DNA from: an uncultured delta proteobacterium
GTDB taxonomy: Bacteria; Desulfobacterota; Desulfomonilia; UBA1062
Assembly (NCBI GenBank): GCA_963752595.1
Contig: CAVVYZ010000014.1
Location: 1-64,000, forward strand
DNA length: 64,000 nucleotides
Reading direction: 5' to 3'
Shown: piece by piece, positions 9,457 to 19,470 of the stretch
Numbering within the stretch: the first letter of the stretch is position 1
Layout of the letters: each line of letters opens with the position of its first letter
Translations under genes and position numbers: made by a program
The notes under the pieces: model-generated
Told to the model about the DNA's origin: nothing
The model's input: the letters and a program-made list of their open reading frames with translations, nothing else
Databases searched by the model: none

Positions 9457-10347
9457 ATGAATAAACTGATGTATTTTCTTTGGGTTATTATTTCTCTATC
9501 TCTCTGGAGCTGCAACAGCAATGCCCTGAAATCCCTATCTGATGACTCAGGCAGTGCAGCCCAGCTTGAAGATGCCCGCATGGCGCTGAACGACGGCGAT
9601 TACCAGGGCGCGATCGATATCCTCGAGCCAGGATACGACCAATCGAATCCTGACCCTGAGGCTGCGCGCATTCTTGCCTCAGCATATATGGGAAAGGCCG
9701 GGTTCGACCTCACCTACATTCTGGAAAATTCCGGCAATACTGAAAACAGAAGCTTCGATGTCATTGCCTCGGCTTTATCGCTCGATATCACGGACAATCC
9801 CGTAAGGCCGTCTTCCGAACAGGCAGCAGTAGAGGCTGCAGAAACAACAGCCCGATACCTGTCGTATACTTCTGCAAACACATTTCTCGGCTATCTCGAA
9901 AATGCCCGGAATTATCTCACGGATCTTGTCGGTGTCTATGGAAACGACGATGACAAGGTCCAGCTGGGAATGGTATCGGCGGTGCACTTCATCCTCAAGG
10001 TCGGACTCGAAGCTGCAGATCTGATGGATACCAACATCCCCATCAACAAGACAGCTTATCGCGAGGTGTTTCCCGAACATGGCGATGCGGATTGGAACAC
10101 CCTTCTCACCAGCCTTGCAGCAAATATCCATGACGATGCTGCACTGGTCCAGTCCCTCCGTGACGATATCACAGCCGTTGATAACGCCGTCACCATCCTC
10201 ATAGCCAGGATGGGATCGGATGAGGAGGTTGCCGAGAGATTCAACGAATTCCTTACGGATCTCCTCGGAGCCGGCGAGATCGATACGTTTGACGGCCAGG
10301 AAGTTGCGAATTATATCGGCGCGAAACTGCTTGAATATCAAAACTAA
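9457..10347 (+). CDS. Acidic, helical lipoprotein of unknown function (TPR-like N-terminus)
   Basis: GAGGAG RBS; signal with lipobox LWSC; ARMALNDGDYQGAIDIL helical repeat. Confidence 0.7.
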   Translation: MNKLMYFLWVIISLSLWSCNSNALKSLSDDSGSAAQLEDARMALNDGDYQGAIDILEPGYDQSNPDPEAARILASAYMGKAGFDLTYILENSGNTENRSFDVIASALSLDITDNPVRPSSEQAAVEAAETTARYLSYTSANTFLGYLENARNYLTDLVGVYGNDDDKVQLGMVSAVHFILKVGLEAADLMDTNIPINKTAYREVFPEHGDADWNTLLTSLAANIHDDAALVQSLRDDITAVDNAVTILIARMGSDEEVAERFNEFLTDLLGAGEIDTFDGQEVANYIGAKLLEYQN

Positions 10348-10358
10348 AGGAGGGGGTG

Positions 10359-11423
10359 ATGAAGAGGATCCTGATTATTACAATCCTGATGGCAATCTCG
10401 GCAGGGGAAGCCTTTGGTGAAGAGTATCCTTACATCTACAAGGGGTTGCGGCCCATGGGAATGGGCGGCGCCTTTGTCGCCGTCTCGGACGACGCCAACT
10501 CCCTGTTCTATAACCCAGCAGGCCTGGCTAAGATCCAGAAAATCAGGGCATCGCTGTTCCCCCTGGAACTGGAAATCGGGAAAAACGCCTATGACATCTA
10601 TAACGATGCCGTGGATGTCGATTTCGATAATGAGACCGAGACCGCACAGTACTTAAGGGATAATATCGGCGAGCGGGCCCATGTCGGGCTCAATCTGTTT
10701 CCGTACTATGCGATGCCCCGGTTTGCCTTCGGCCTGATCGGTACCGGCAGAATGGACCTCGAGGTCATCGACAGGCAATATCCCAAATTGCAGACCCACG
10801 TGATCAACGACCTGGGCGGGGCAGTCGGATATGCCCACCCCTTCTTCGATGAGACCTTATCAATCGGTGCCAGTGTGAAATACATCAACAGGCAGAGTCT
10901 CGTGAAGCAGTACACTGTGCTGGACATCACGTCTGATGATCTCGATGAAAAGATCAGGGATGACCTTGAGGACGGGAGCGGGGTGCTTGCAGATATCGGG
11001 ATGATCGTTTCCCTTGATGCTTTCGGAATTGAGAACGCCCGGGTAGGCGTCTGTGCAAACAATCTCATCGGGAGCGACCTCGGCGATGCAGAAGATCTCG
11101 AAGATCATGTCGATATCGGTTTTGCCGTTGACCATGATCTGTGGATCACGAAGACTACCTTTGCGTTTGATTATATAGACCTTTTCTCGCAACTCGGAGA
11201 CGATAACGATCTGGCCAAGAGGGTCCGTCTCGGGGCCGAATTCAGATTCCCCATGTTCTTCTCGGTGCGTGCGGGCCTGTATCAGGGGTACTTCACGGCA
11301 GGTGTCAATATCGATGCAAGGTTCGTACAGCTCGATGCGCTCACCTATGCCGAAGAAATAGGGGCGTATGCGGGCCAGCGGATCGACAGGCGTTATGCCC
11401 TGCGCTTCATCATGGGGTTTTAA
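10359..11423 (+). CDS. Outer-membrane beta-barrel, FadL/PorV/TraF-like superfamily
   Basis: Signal peptide; plug motif RPMGMGGAFVAVSDDANSLFYNPAGLA; amphipathic strands; C-terminal Phe. Confidence 0.75.
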   Translation: MKRILIITILMAISAGEAFGEEYPYIYKGLRPMGMGGAFVAVSDDANSLFYNPAGLAKIQKIRASLFPLELEIGKNAYDIYNDAVDVDFDNETETAQYLRDNIGERAHVGLNLFPYYAMPRFAFGLIGTGRMDLEVIDRQYPKLQTHVINDLGGAVGYAHPFFDETLSIGASVKYINRQSLVKQYTVLDITSDDLDEKIRDDLEDGSGVLADIGMIVSLDAFGIENARVGVCANNLIGSDLGDAEDLEDHVDIGFAVDHDLWITKTTFAFDYIDLFSQLGDDNDLAKRVRLGAEFRFPMFFSVRAGLYQGYFTAGVNIDARFVQLDALTYAEEIGAYAGQRIDRRYALRFIMGF

Positions 11424-11426
11424 AGA

Positions 11427-12701
11427 TTACAGAGTACGGATCTTTTCGATGATACCGGTGGTGGAGCGGCCCGGCTTGAACGCAAGGGAGAGCACTTCAC
11501 CGCCGTATGATTTCACGATATCGGCACCGACGATCTTGTCCGGTTCCCAGTCGCCCCCTTTCACGAGCACGTCCGGACGAAGACCTGAGATGAGCGCATA
11601 CGGGGTTTCTTCTTCAAAAATGCAGAGATAGTCGACGCACCAGAGGGCAGCGAGGACTGCGGCCCGGGATTCTTCGGCGTTTATGGGCCTTTCTGCTCCT
11701 TTGATCTTCTTCACCGATGCATCCGAATTGAGGCCGACCACCAGAGCATCCCCCAATGCCCTTGCCTCCTGCAGGTACGAGATATGCCCTTCATGGAGGA
11801 TATCGAAGCATCCGTTCGTAAAGACCACCCTCATCCCCCTGGCCTTCATGGCAGCAACCCTCGCTCTCAGGGCTCCCGGATCCTGGAGCTTCCGACCGGA
11901 ATCCAGGGGCTCGGGCCATGTGCGTGAAGCTATCTTTGCTGTATAGTTTCCAAGCGCCCGATAAGAGGGAAGCATATCCGGGAATTTCTCCTCAAGGGCC
12001 TCAATATGTGCCTTCACGGTCTTCCAGTCGCCCCTCTGGATGGGGCCTGTGAGGGCGCCTTTTCCATGGGCCTCCAGGTTTCTTATCGTCCCCTTGATGA
12101 GCGGGATCAGGTGCTTCATACCCAGGCCTACTGCCTGCATGAGATCCGTTGCCTGAGCAGCTATGGCCACGAGATAATTCGAGGCGATGACCGCAGCGGT
12201 ATGGTATATGATCTTATCCTCCCGTGATATGGGAAGCAGGTTTGAAGAAAGAGAGGATATCAGATCGTCTGCTGCCGCTAGCGCCTTGGGGGAACCTTCG
12301 AATATGAAGAATGCCTCCCGGATGGATTCCCGGACAAGGCCTTCTTCCATGATTGATTGGAGCGGATGCAGGCTGCCCGTCTCTGCCCCGTACCTGACAA
12401 GAGGATCGAGGAGCTCGGATGTATACAGTCCGCTGAAATGATAGAACACAAGACCTTTACAGGATTCCTTCCACTGTTCCGCAATGCGCTCGGCTGTTCC
12501 GGCAATGGCGCTGTCGGGAACGGCAAGGAATATGACTTGCGCTCCCAGAGGCTCCGGAGGGACCTGGGTATATCGGGGGATAGAGCCGGTATCCGGTTTT
12601 GAAGATACTACCCAGAGCGGACAATGCCCGGCCTGGTGCAGCAGTACGGTCATGGCGCTCCCCACTTTTCCCAGACCTATGACGGCAAAGTCATACCTCA
12701 T
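11427..12701 (-). CDS. Fusion: Rossmann-like/DUF2520 oxidoreductase plus D-glycero-D-manno-heptose 1-phosphate adenylyltransferase (RfaE domain II)
   Basis: N-term [39 protein letters not shown]; C-term [39 protein letters not shown] in one 424-aa frame. Confidence 0.85.
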   Translation of the reverse strand: MRYDFAVIGLGKVGSAMTVLLHQAGHCPLWVVSSKPDTGSIPRYTQVPPEPLGAQVIFLAVPDSAIAGTAERIAEQWKESCKGLVFYHFSGLYTSELLDPLVRYGAETGSLHPLQSIMEEGLVRESIREAFFIFEGSPKALAAADDLISSLSSNLLPISREDKIIYHTAAVIASNYLVAIAAQATDLMQAVGLGMKHLIPLIKGTIRNLEAHGKGALTGPIQRGDWKTVKAHIEALEEKFPDMLPSYRALGNYTAKIASRTWPEPLDSGRKLQDPGALRARVAAMKARGMRVVFTNGCFDILHEGHISYLQEARALGDALVVGLNSDASVKKIKGAERPINAEESRAAVLAALWCVDYLCIFEEETPYALISGLRPDVLVKGGDWEPDKIVGADIVKSYGGEVLSLAFKPGRSTTGIIEKIRTL

Positions 12702-13596
12702 CCGTTATCCCCTGCTCTTTGAGCCGCTTGTATTTATCCCAGTCCATGGTGAAGGAGAGCTCGCTCATGGCCGTACTGGCCATCTCCTTGTATTCCCTCT
12801 GTTCGAAATACCGGTGCAGCTTGCCGGCGATCGGATAGATCTGCTCGGACGGCTTCCAGGATGCAGGTTCACCGGTATGAGCATTGCGCAGGCAGTCGAA
12901 GGTAACTGCCGAGGATACATCGGCAAGCGGCACCCCTTTAAAATCCCTGATCATGGCCTGAAGCTGGCCTGCATCGATCGGAGAGAAAAATGAATACACC
13001 TGGGAATAAATCTCCGAATACAGACGGGAATATATGACGGCGGCATGATAATACTCCGGGATGTCGATGATGGCGTCTTTGCCGGTTGCTTTGCCGAACG
13101 CATAGAGCATGCCCTGCATATTCTTCAGTCCCCCCAGACCCGGATATGCCTGGCCCGGAAGCCTCGGTTTGTCAGGTGGAAATGATGCCCTCGGGTCCTG
13201 CAGCGCCAGCCATTCAACCAGGAGCATGGAGAGGCCCTCCTGAAAATCAAACCCCTTCACGAAGCTTTGCTTCGGCCTGAATACCCCTTCCCGGAGGATA
13301 AGCTCGATCAGCCTTGTTCCCCCTTCTTCGGAACTGGAATTCACATACAGCCGGGAGGTATAATTGTCCTGTTTCGATATATTGATAGTGAGGTCCCTGT
13401 ACCCCTTCCCGTGCAGGATTTCGATTATCCCTGCCTTCCTGAGCATCCTCATGATCTGCTCTTCATCATACAGGCCGAGGAATCTTGCGGAAGTGAACAG
13501 ATCCTCCTGCCCGCCCGGACGGGAATCGGCAACCGTATAGGTGATGTCTTCAAGGTACCTCGGCTCTTTTTTGTTGTGGGACCTCGAGGGTGTCAT
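12691..13596 (-). CDS. Conserved hypothetical protein
   Basis: Intact 301-aa ORF overlapping both neighbours; conserved-looking motif EWLALQDPR...[11 protein letters not shown] and PEYYHAA. Confidence 0.75.
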   Translation of the reverse strand: MTPSRSHNKKEPRYLEDITYTVADSRPGGQEDLFTSARFLGLYDEEQIMRMLRKAGIIEILHGKGYRDLTINISKQDNYTSRLYVNSSSEEGGTRLIELILREGVFRPKQSFVKGFDFQEGLSMLLVEWLALQDPRASFPPDKPRLPGQAYPGLGGLKNMQGMLYAFGKATGKDAIIDIPEYYHAAVIYSRLYSEIYSQVYSFFSPIDAGQLQAMIRDFKGVPLADVSSAVTFDCLRNAHTGEPASWKPSEQIYPIAGKLHRYFEQREYKEMASTAMSELSFTMDWDKYKRLKEQGITDEV

Positions 13597-14291
13597 ACGG
13601 TCCTTCCTACACTCACGAAAATGACATATTGCGCGCCGGCAAGCTTTAATGTTTTTGATATTTCCTGGGCTGTCCGACCTGTAGTGATTACATCATCAAC
13701 AACCATAACCGATTTCCCCTCCACTCCCCTTGCAGAAAATACAGCCTTGAGATTGCGCTCCCTGTCTTTCTTCGGAAGCCCAACCTGGCTCGGGGTCTTT
13801 ATGGTTTTATGTAGTATTCCGTATCTCACATCCACTCCCATATAGCCAGATAAATCCCGGGCAATTAGGGCTGACTGGTTATACCCTCTGCGTATCATCC
13901 GTGACCAGTGAAGGGGGACGAACGTGAGAATATCCGGCTTAATACCTTTCTCCGAGACCGCCCGGAAAATCTGCTTGGCAAGAAACTTCTTGAATACGGT
14001 CGCCCGGTGATACTTGAACCGGTGAATGACATCCTGCATCAGGCCGTCGAATACGCATGCGCTGAGCATCTTATCATAGGCAGGCGGATTGCATTGGCAT
14101 CCGATGCAGATGCCCGGCGTCCCGAGAGCAGTACCGCAGATATCGCACACAGGCTCGGGAAGGGTATGGATCTGAGCGCAGCACTGCCGGCATACGCCTT
14201 CCTCGACGCCGTCATCGTTCGAGCAGATGAGACATCGCGGCGGGAAAAGGTGTTTTCTCAGATGAGAGAACATCTGCATACCATAGCACAA
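13593..14291 (-). CDS. comF: ComF family protein (double zinc ribbon plus phosphoribosyltransferase)
   Basis: FPPRCLIC, three further CxxC, VPLH..R..RRGYNQS, VDDVITTGRT. Confidence 0.92.
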   Translation of the reverse strand: MCYGMQMFSHLRKHLFPPRCLICSNDDGVEEGVCRQCCAQIHTLPEPVCDICGTALGTPGICIGCQCNPPAYDKMLSACVFDGLMQDVIHRFKYHRATVFKKFLAKQIFRAVSEKGIKPDILTFVPLHWSRMIRRGYNQSALIARDLSGYMGVDVRYGILHKTIKTPSQVGLPKKDRERNLKAVFSARGVEGKSVMVVDDVITTGRTAQEISKTLKLAGAQYVIFVSVGRTV

Positions 14292-14325
14292 GAATCATTG
14301 AACCTCCAATCGATTGGAGAAGGTA

Positions 14326-15084
14326 TTACGAATAGTACTTCGAATAGTTATACTTCTTGTATTTATACTTTTTTGCCGGGAGCTCATCGACTGCATTGAG
14401 TATGGTCCCGATGATCTTTTCCTTCGGAAGGATTTCCAGTGCCATCTTGAAATCAGATTCCCTGGTGTATCGGTACCGGGAAACCATAATGATGGCATCC
14501 ACCTGGCCGGCAAGAATCTTGGGGTCCACCGTCGCCTGGATCGGAGAGGTATCGATAATGATGAATCTGTCATTGTACCGCTCGGAGACCTCTTTGATCA
14601 GCGATTTCATATGCTTCGACTCAAGGAGCTCGGAGGGATTGGGTGGTGCCTCTTTCGCCGCGGGGAGAATGGTGAGTTTGTCGATGGGCGTTTTGATGAG
14701 ACAATCAGCGACATCCGCCTTGCCCTGAATAATCTCCACGACCCCCTTGGAAGGAGGATATTTAAAAAGATTGTGCAAAGAGGGTTTTCTTAAGTCACAC
14801 TCGATGAGAAGCACGTGCTGGTCCTCTCCTTTGGCAATGGATATGGCGAGATTGGATGCGATGAGGCTCTTCCCTTCGGAAGGCAGCGCACTGGTAACCA
14901 TGATGACCCTGGGAACCTCCCTGTCCGGCATGTGGAAAATGAAAGTCCTGAGCTTCCGGATCTGCTCTGCAGTATAAGAATACGGCATATAGTACATGTA
15001 CAGATGATCATCGAGCTTTCCTGTTGAAGCTGCTTCCTTGAAGTACTCTTCATCCTGTTTCTCGAGAGCCTTCCATAAATTCAT
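14326..15084 (-). CDS. CpsD/CapB-type bacterial tyrosine autokinase
   Basis: Walker A SALPSEGKS, ECDLRKP, IIIDTSP, C-terminal Tyr cluster KYKYKKYNYSKYYS. Confidence 0.9.
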   Translation of the reverse strand: MNLWKALEKQDEEYFKEAASTGKLDDHLYMYYMPYSYTAEQIRKLRTFIFHMPDREVPRVIMVTSALPSEGKSLIASNLAISIAKGEDQHVLLIECDLRKPSLHNLFKYPPSKGVVEIIQGKADVADCLIKTPIDKLTILPAAKEAPPNPSELLESKHMKSLIKEVSERYNDRFIIIDTSPIQATVDPKILAGQVDAIIMVSRYRYTRESDFKMALEILPKEKIIGTILNAVDELPAKKYKYKKYNYSKYYS

Positions 15085-15087
15085 TTT

Positions 15088-16698
15088 CTATTCCTCCATA
15101 CTAATCTTGACAGGTTTTGCGTTTTCGAAACCTTTGCCCTGAAGCTGCTTCGAGTACTCGACGGCCTCCTCCCGGTTTGTGAAGGTGCCGATGGTAACCC
15201 GGTACCAGGTATCGCCCCGGGTATCTGCGTACGGATAGATCGTGGCCTGGTGACCTTTGTCGACGAGATCGCCGAAAAGGGCCTTTGCCTCATCCATGGC
15301 TTGGAAAGAAGCAACGCTTACGCTGAAGAGGACCTGCGATACGATATTCAATTGGGGAAGGGATATCTTCTGCCCCCTGTGGATAAGGTCAAGGCTTGAT
15401 ATCTCAGGATTAGCCTTTCTTACAGCCTGTATTATTCCGGCATCAATCCTGCCATAATAGTCGGCTGCGAGTTTGGCTACCGTATCACCTTTGTTGACAG
15501 TGACGATCTTACCCCGGAACTTTTTCGATTCCCGGATTGCTGGTGAACTATCGGGATCGGCCAGCGGGACATCTCCCACCGGCGTGATATCTTCCTGAAC
15601 GTTTTTTTTCACCGGCTCCTTTTGAACGGAAACCTCTTTCACCGAGGTATCGGCCTCTGCTTCTCCTCGCGGCAGCACGGCTTCAGGAACTGCCGGAGCC
15701 TCTGCCATATGCTGTATCGACAGCACCCGCGAGGCAGACGGGGGAAGAGATGGGGCCTCTTTATGGGAAGAGAGGAACCAGGTGAATCCGGCTACTGCCA
15801 TGACAAAAAAGGTAAAAACACAGGCCCGTTTGGCCCACAGCATGAACATCTCACTGCGTTCATGCTGATAATACGTTGTTTTTAGACCCTTCTTTGTTGA
15901 GTAGGTGCTTTCGAGATCAGAGACCGCTTTGCGGACCAGAGGGGCATTTATCTGCTTTATGCCCTCGGTATACGCCGCGATGAGGACATTGTCACATACG
16001 ATATTGATAAGTCTGGGATATCCCTTGGAGTAGCGATATACCTCTGTCAGCGCCGATACCGTAAACAGCGGCTTTTCTCTGGGCTCGTAGCCGGCTACCC
16101 TCAGCCGGTGATCGATATAGTCCTTTGTCTCGTTACTGTCGAGCGGAGGTATGTGGTACTTGATGCCGATACGCTGCTTGAGCTGCCTCAAATTCGGGCT
16201 CTTCAGCTTCTCGTTGAGTTCCTGCTGCCCCAGCAGCATGATCTGCACAAGTTTTTCATGGGTGGTTTCCAGGTTCGAAAGGAGTCTGACCTCTTCCAGC
16301 ATTTCCACCGACAGCCCCTGGGATTCATCAATGATCAGCACAGCACCGCCCATTTCTTTGAGGCGTTCTTCAAAGGCCCTGATGTGGTCACGGGAACGCT
16401 TTTCTTCCGTAAGGCCGATGGCTTCACCCAGGAGAAAATACAGGTTCTCCGGTCTGATATGGGGATTTTTTACCACCACCTTGGGCATACGCGGCGGGAG
16501 TTTGAGCAGGAAGGCATTGAGGATGGTGGTTTTTCCTGTTCCGACCTCGCCGGTAATTACCACAAAGCCGCTCGCTTCCTTCAGCCCATAGAGCAAGTGA
16601 GCCAGCGCCTCCTTGTGGCCCGGACTCATGTACAGGAACCTCGGGTCGGGGGTAATGGAAAAGGGTTTGAGTGTAAGGCCGAAGAATTCTCTATACAT
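15088..16698 (-). CDS. ExeA/GspA-type AAA+ ATPase with transmembrane helix, LysM and SPOR domains
   Basis: MYREFFGL..KPFSITPDPRF, GEVGTGKTT, IIDESQ, GYPRLIN; TM segment; VNKGDTVAKLA..YYG...NP...LIHRGQKISLP (LysM); VASF...WYRVTIGTF (SPOR). Confidence 0.88.
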   Translation of the reverse strand: MYREFFGLTLKPFSITPDPRFLYMSPGHKEALAHLLYGLKEASGFVVITGEVGTGKTTILNAFLLKLPPRMPKVVVKNPHIRPENLYFLLGEAIGLTEEKRSRDHIRAFEERLKEMGGAVLIIDESQGLSVEMLEEVRLLSNLETTHEKLVQIMLLGQQELNEKLKSPNLRQLKQRIGIKYHIPPLDSNETKDYIDHRLRVAGYEPREKPLFTVSALTEVYRYSKGYPRLINIVCDNVLIAAYTEGIKQINAPLVRKAVSDLESTYSTKKGLKTTYYQHERSEMFMLWAKRACVFTFFVMAVAGFTWFLSSHKEAPSLPPSASRVLSIQHMAEAPAVPEAVLPRGEAEADTSVKEVSVQKEPVKKNVQEDITPVGDVPLADPDSSPAIRESKKFRGKIVTVNKGDTVAKLAADYYGRIDAGIIQAVRKANPEISSLDLIHRGQKISLPQLNIVSQVLFSVSVASFQAMDEAKALFGDLVDKGHQATIYPYADTRGDTWYRVTIGTFTNREEAVEYSKQLQGKGFENAKPVKISMEE

Positions 16699-16708
16699 CT
16701 TAAAGGCC

Positions 16709-18247
16709 TCAGAACGGCACTGCTATGGGCAACTCCATCGTCAGATGGGCAAAATGGGAATAGCCGACAATGAGTACCCCTGCAATGATGATTACCGCAT
16801 TTATGCCTATATAAATTAAGGCCCTGACTTTTCTCGAATTTTTATCAGCATCGGTAAGCGCCAGAGGGACGGCGGTAATGCAGGGAACGCCTCCGCTCCA
16901 TTGCTCAAGCTGTTTGATACTCTTGACCGTCGAATCCAGGACCTCCAGGAGAAAAATGAACCCTGCACCCGTTCCGAGCCCCAGGACAAGAAAAATAGCA
17001 GCTATTTTCATTCCATTGGGACTCACAGGCACCTCCGGGGGCCGGGCATAGTCAACGACCCTGAACTGCTCACCCTGCTGCCTCATTTCCATGCTCTCGG
17101 CTCTCTTGGCCTCATATGACCTGTCCAGGAGCCTCTGGTAGTTCTGCTGGGTTATCGTGTAGTCTCTCGAAAGCGCTGCGAGTTCCTGCTCCCTTTTCGG
17201 GGTGCTCTCCACCCGCTGCTGATAAAACTCGATCTTCTGCTGCAACCTGGCCAGATCTCCCTTGAGGCTTTCCACCTCGAGCCCTGCGGTTTTCAACTGG
17301 GTCCTGAGATCGATGACCTGCGGATTCAAACCGATGATATCCTTTTTCCCGTCTTTATTTTCCAGATCCTTAATCTGCTGCTGGAGCATTTTCACGCTGG
17401 GGTGCTCCGGTGTATAGCGTGCCTTGGCCTCCTCGTAGCGGGTTCTCAGGTCGTTAACCCTCTGGGCCTGGACGGATAGGGTGGCGCCCGGCTGGTTGCT
17501 CTCGATCTGTGAAAGCTGGCTCTGGATGCCGAGCCTCCGGTTCATTGCTTCGGACAGGGACCTCTGTATCGACTCAAGCTGCGTCTGGAGGCTGGATATG
17601 GTCGATACGTTGCTGTTGAGCTGCTCGGGCAGTTCTCCCATGAACTGGTTGCGATATTCCTTGAGCTTCGCTTCCTGCTGCTGGAGGAGGGTGCTCAGCT
17701 CACCGAGCTGCTTGTCGAGGAAAATCGTCGTCTCGGAAGCCTGCCTGGCCCTCAGTTTCAGGTGCGATTCTATGAAAAACGAGGCCAGCTTGTTCGTGAC
17801 ATCGGCAACCTGCTGGGGATCGCGTCCCTGGTAGGATATGCTGAACGAGCTCGTCTCTCCCCTTCTTCCTCCGCTTGTATCGACCTCTATCTTCTTCCGC
17901 ATGGCCGCCACGATGATATCCATGGAAATGCCTGCCTTTCGATCCTCCTGAAAGAGCTTCATCTCATTGATGATATTCTCGAGATTGGAGCGGGACAGCA
18001 CCTCCTGGGACAAGGTCATGACTCTCTCTTCTATGGCCTGGCTCACGGTGGACTGTACATAGGCGGAAGGGATTTCTTGGGGCTGGACAAAGATCAGCGT
18101 TTTGGCTTCATAGGTCCTGGGGAGGATAACATAGACCCATAAACCGAGAAACACAAAGAAGAGGAGCGGGATGGTTACCCAGAACCATTTCTGTATCAGG
18201 GCATCAATGATATCCTGGAAATCGACTCGTTTTTCCTGACCGTTCAA
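16709..18247 (-). CDS. Polysaccharide co-polymerase (Wzz/Wzc N-domain, GumC-like)
   Basis: N- and C-terminal TM helices, long coiled coil, YTPEHPSV motif, VDYARPPEVPVSP. Confidence 0.88.
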   Translation of the reverse strand: MNGQEKRVDFQDIIDALIQKWFWVTIPLLFFVFLGLWVYVILPRTYEAKTLIFVQPQEIPSAYVQSTVSQAIEERVMTLSQEVLSRSNLENIINEMKLFQEDRKAGISMDIIVAAMRKKIEVDTSGGRRGETSSFSISYQGRDPQQVADVTNKLASFFIESHLKLRARQASETTIFLDKQLGELSTLLQQQEAKLKEYRNQFMGELPEQLNSNVSTISSLQTQLESIQRSLSEAMNRRLGIQSQLSQIESNQPGATLSVQAQRVNDLRTRYEEAKARYTPEHPSVKMLQQQIKDLENKDGKKDIIGLNPQVIDLRTQLKTAGLEVESLKGDLARLQQKIEFYQQRVESTPKREQELAALSRDYTITQQNYQRLLDRSYEAKRAESMEMRQQGEQFRVVDYARPPEVPVSPNGMKIAAIFLVLGLGTGAGFIFLLEVLDSTVKSIKQLEQWSGGVPCITAVPLALTDADKNSRKVRALIYIGINAVIIIAGVLIVGYSHFAHLTMELPIAVPF

Positions 18248-19470
18248 TATCGCACCTCTGCAATTATTCTGTATCGGTTTTCTTTCACGGTATCTGAAAT
18301 CTCTCGAATACGTTCGAGATGCTCATAGGACGGCCGGATACTCAGATACCTCAATGGGGTCCAGTTCAAAGAAACCACGCCGGCGATATTTTTTTCTTTC
18401 TCGGTTATTACATTGAATCCTATGTCTGAAACCGGCTTTCGTTCTTCGTAAGTTATATTAGATAGGAGCATCAGGTCTCTCAAGAGGGTTCTTTCCCAAG
18501 ACGCATAAATACTGCGCGCATCATAGGTCCCGTACCGGTCGGCCGTGAATTCGGCCGTATATTCCCTGGAAGCTCTGATTGAAAGCGTGTCGTTCTGAGT
18601 CCGTGTGGTCAGTTCCCCTCGTGCGGCAAAGGCTTGCTCCCTGTCGGCGCCTTCCATGCTCAGCCAGCTGTATCCTCCTGACAGGCGCAGAGAGGTTGAC
18701 TGGATCAGTGAATATCCCCAGGAAAGAAACGCATTATAGATATCCCCATCGGGCTGATCCTCACGTTCATGGTGCTCGTATTCCAGATCGGTGCCTATGC
18801 GGGTTCTCATCGTCACTTGTGTCTCTAACCCGAGGGCGGACCTCAGTTCCCAGGCATCCCCGGTGATTTCGTAGTCATGCACGCTGTATCCTTGCGTAAA
18901 ACGAACGCTGTTGCGCTGGGAGAGCTGATGGGCCAGGGTCCCGACGAATCCCTGGGACACGATATCTTCATCAGGCGAAGGATTCTGTTCCTGGGTATAG
19001 GTATACCCGAATCTGAAGGAAGAAGCAGGCGAGAGCGCCCGGCTGTAATTCAATGTCCCGTTGTGAATCTTCGAATTTCCCGTCACATCGCTTAAGCTGG
19101 ACCTCCTGCTGCTCTGGATGTAACCGTACCCGAGTTCCACCGTGTCCCTTATGGATGATGCCGAGTACAGTGAATTGAGGAGGATCTCATTGAAATTGTC
19201 GTCGTCATATTTCCTGTGGAAACTTCTGGCTGCATGGCCGGAAAGATCGAGAGTTGCATTTGCGCTTCTGCAAAGAAGCTGGGCACTGGGACCTATCTCA
19301 TAAATACTCTCGCTCTCTTCGTTGCGGGGGATGCCGAGATAATTATCCGTATACTCGTATGAGCTGTAAAAGCCCCCGTGAAACTCGAAGGTTGCGGCAT
19401 GGGCAAAGGCGCAGAAGCCCATCAAAAAAAGAAATAAAGCGAAAACGGCAGGGATGGGACACCTCCTCAC
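18244..19470 (-). CDS. Outer-membrane beta-barrel associated with exopolysaccharide export
   Basis: Signal peptide, YEYTDN motif, alternating aromatic strands, C-terminal Tyr; lies between OPX and co-polymerase genes. Confidence 0.75.
   Translation of the reverse strand: MRRCPIPAVFALFLFLMGFCAFAHAATFEFHGGFYSSYEYTDNYLGIPRNEESESIYEIGPSAQLLCRSANATLDLSGHAARSFHRKYDDDNFNEILLNSLYSASSIRDTVELGYGYIQSSRRSSLSDVTGNSKIHNGTLNYSRALSPASSFRFGYTYTQEQNPSPDEDIVSQGFVGTLAHQLSQRNSVRFTQGYSVHDYEITGDAWELRSALGLETQVTMRTRIGTDLEYEHHEREDQPDGDIYNAFLSWGYSLIQSTSLRLSGGYSWLSMEGADREQAFAARGELTTRTQNDTLSIRASREYTAEFTADRYGTYDARSIYASWERTLLRDLMLLSNITYEERKPVSDIGFNVITEKEKNIAGVVSLNWTPLRYLSIRPSYEHLERIREISDTVKENRYRIIAEVRY

Noticed and set aside
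10359-11423. Conjugative element suggested by the TraF-like barrel
   Set aside because: No relaxase, VirB4, coupling protein or integrase nearby; flanks are housekeeping genes.
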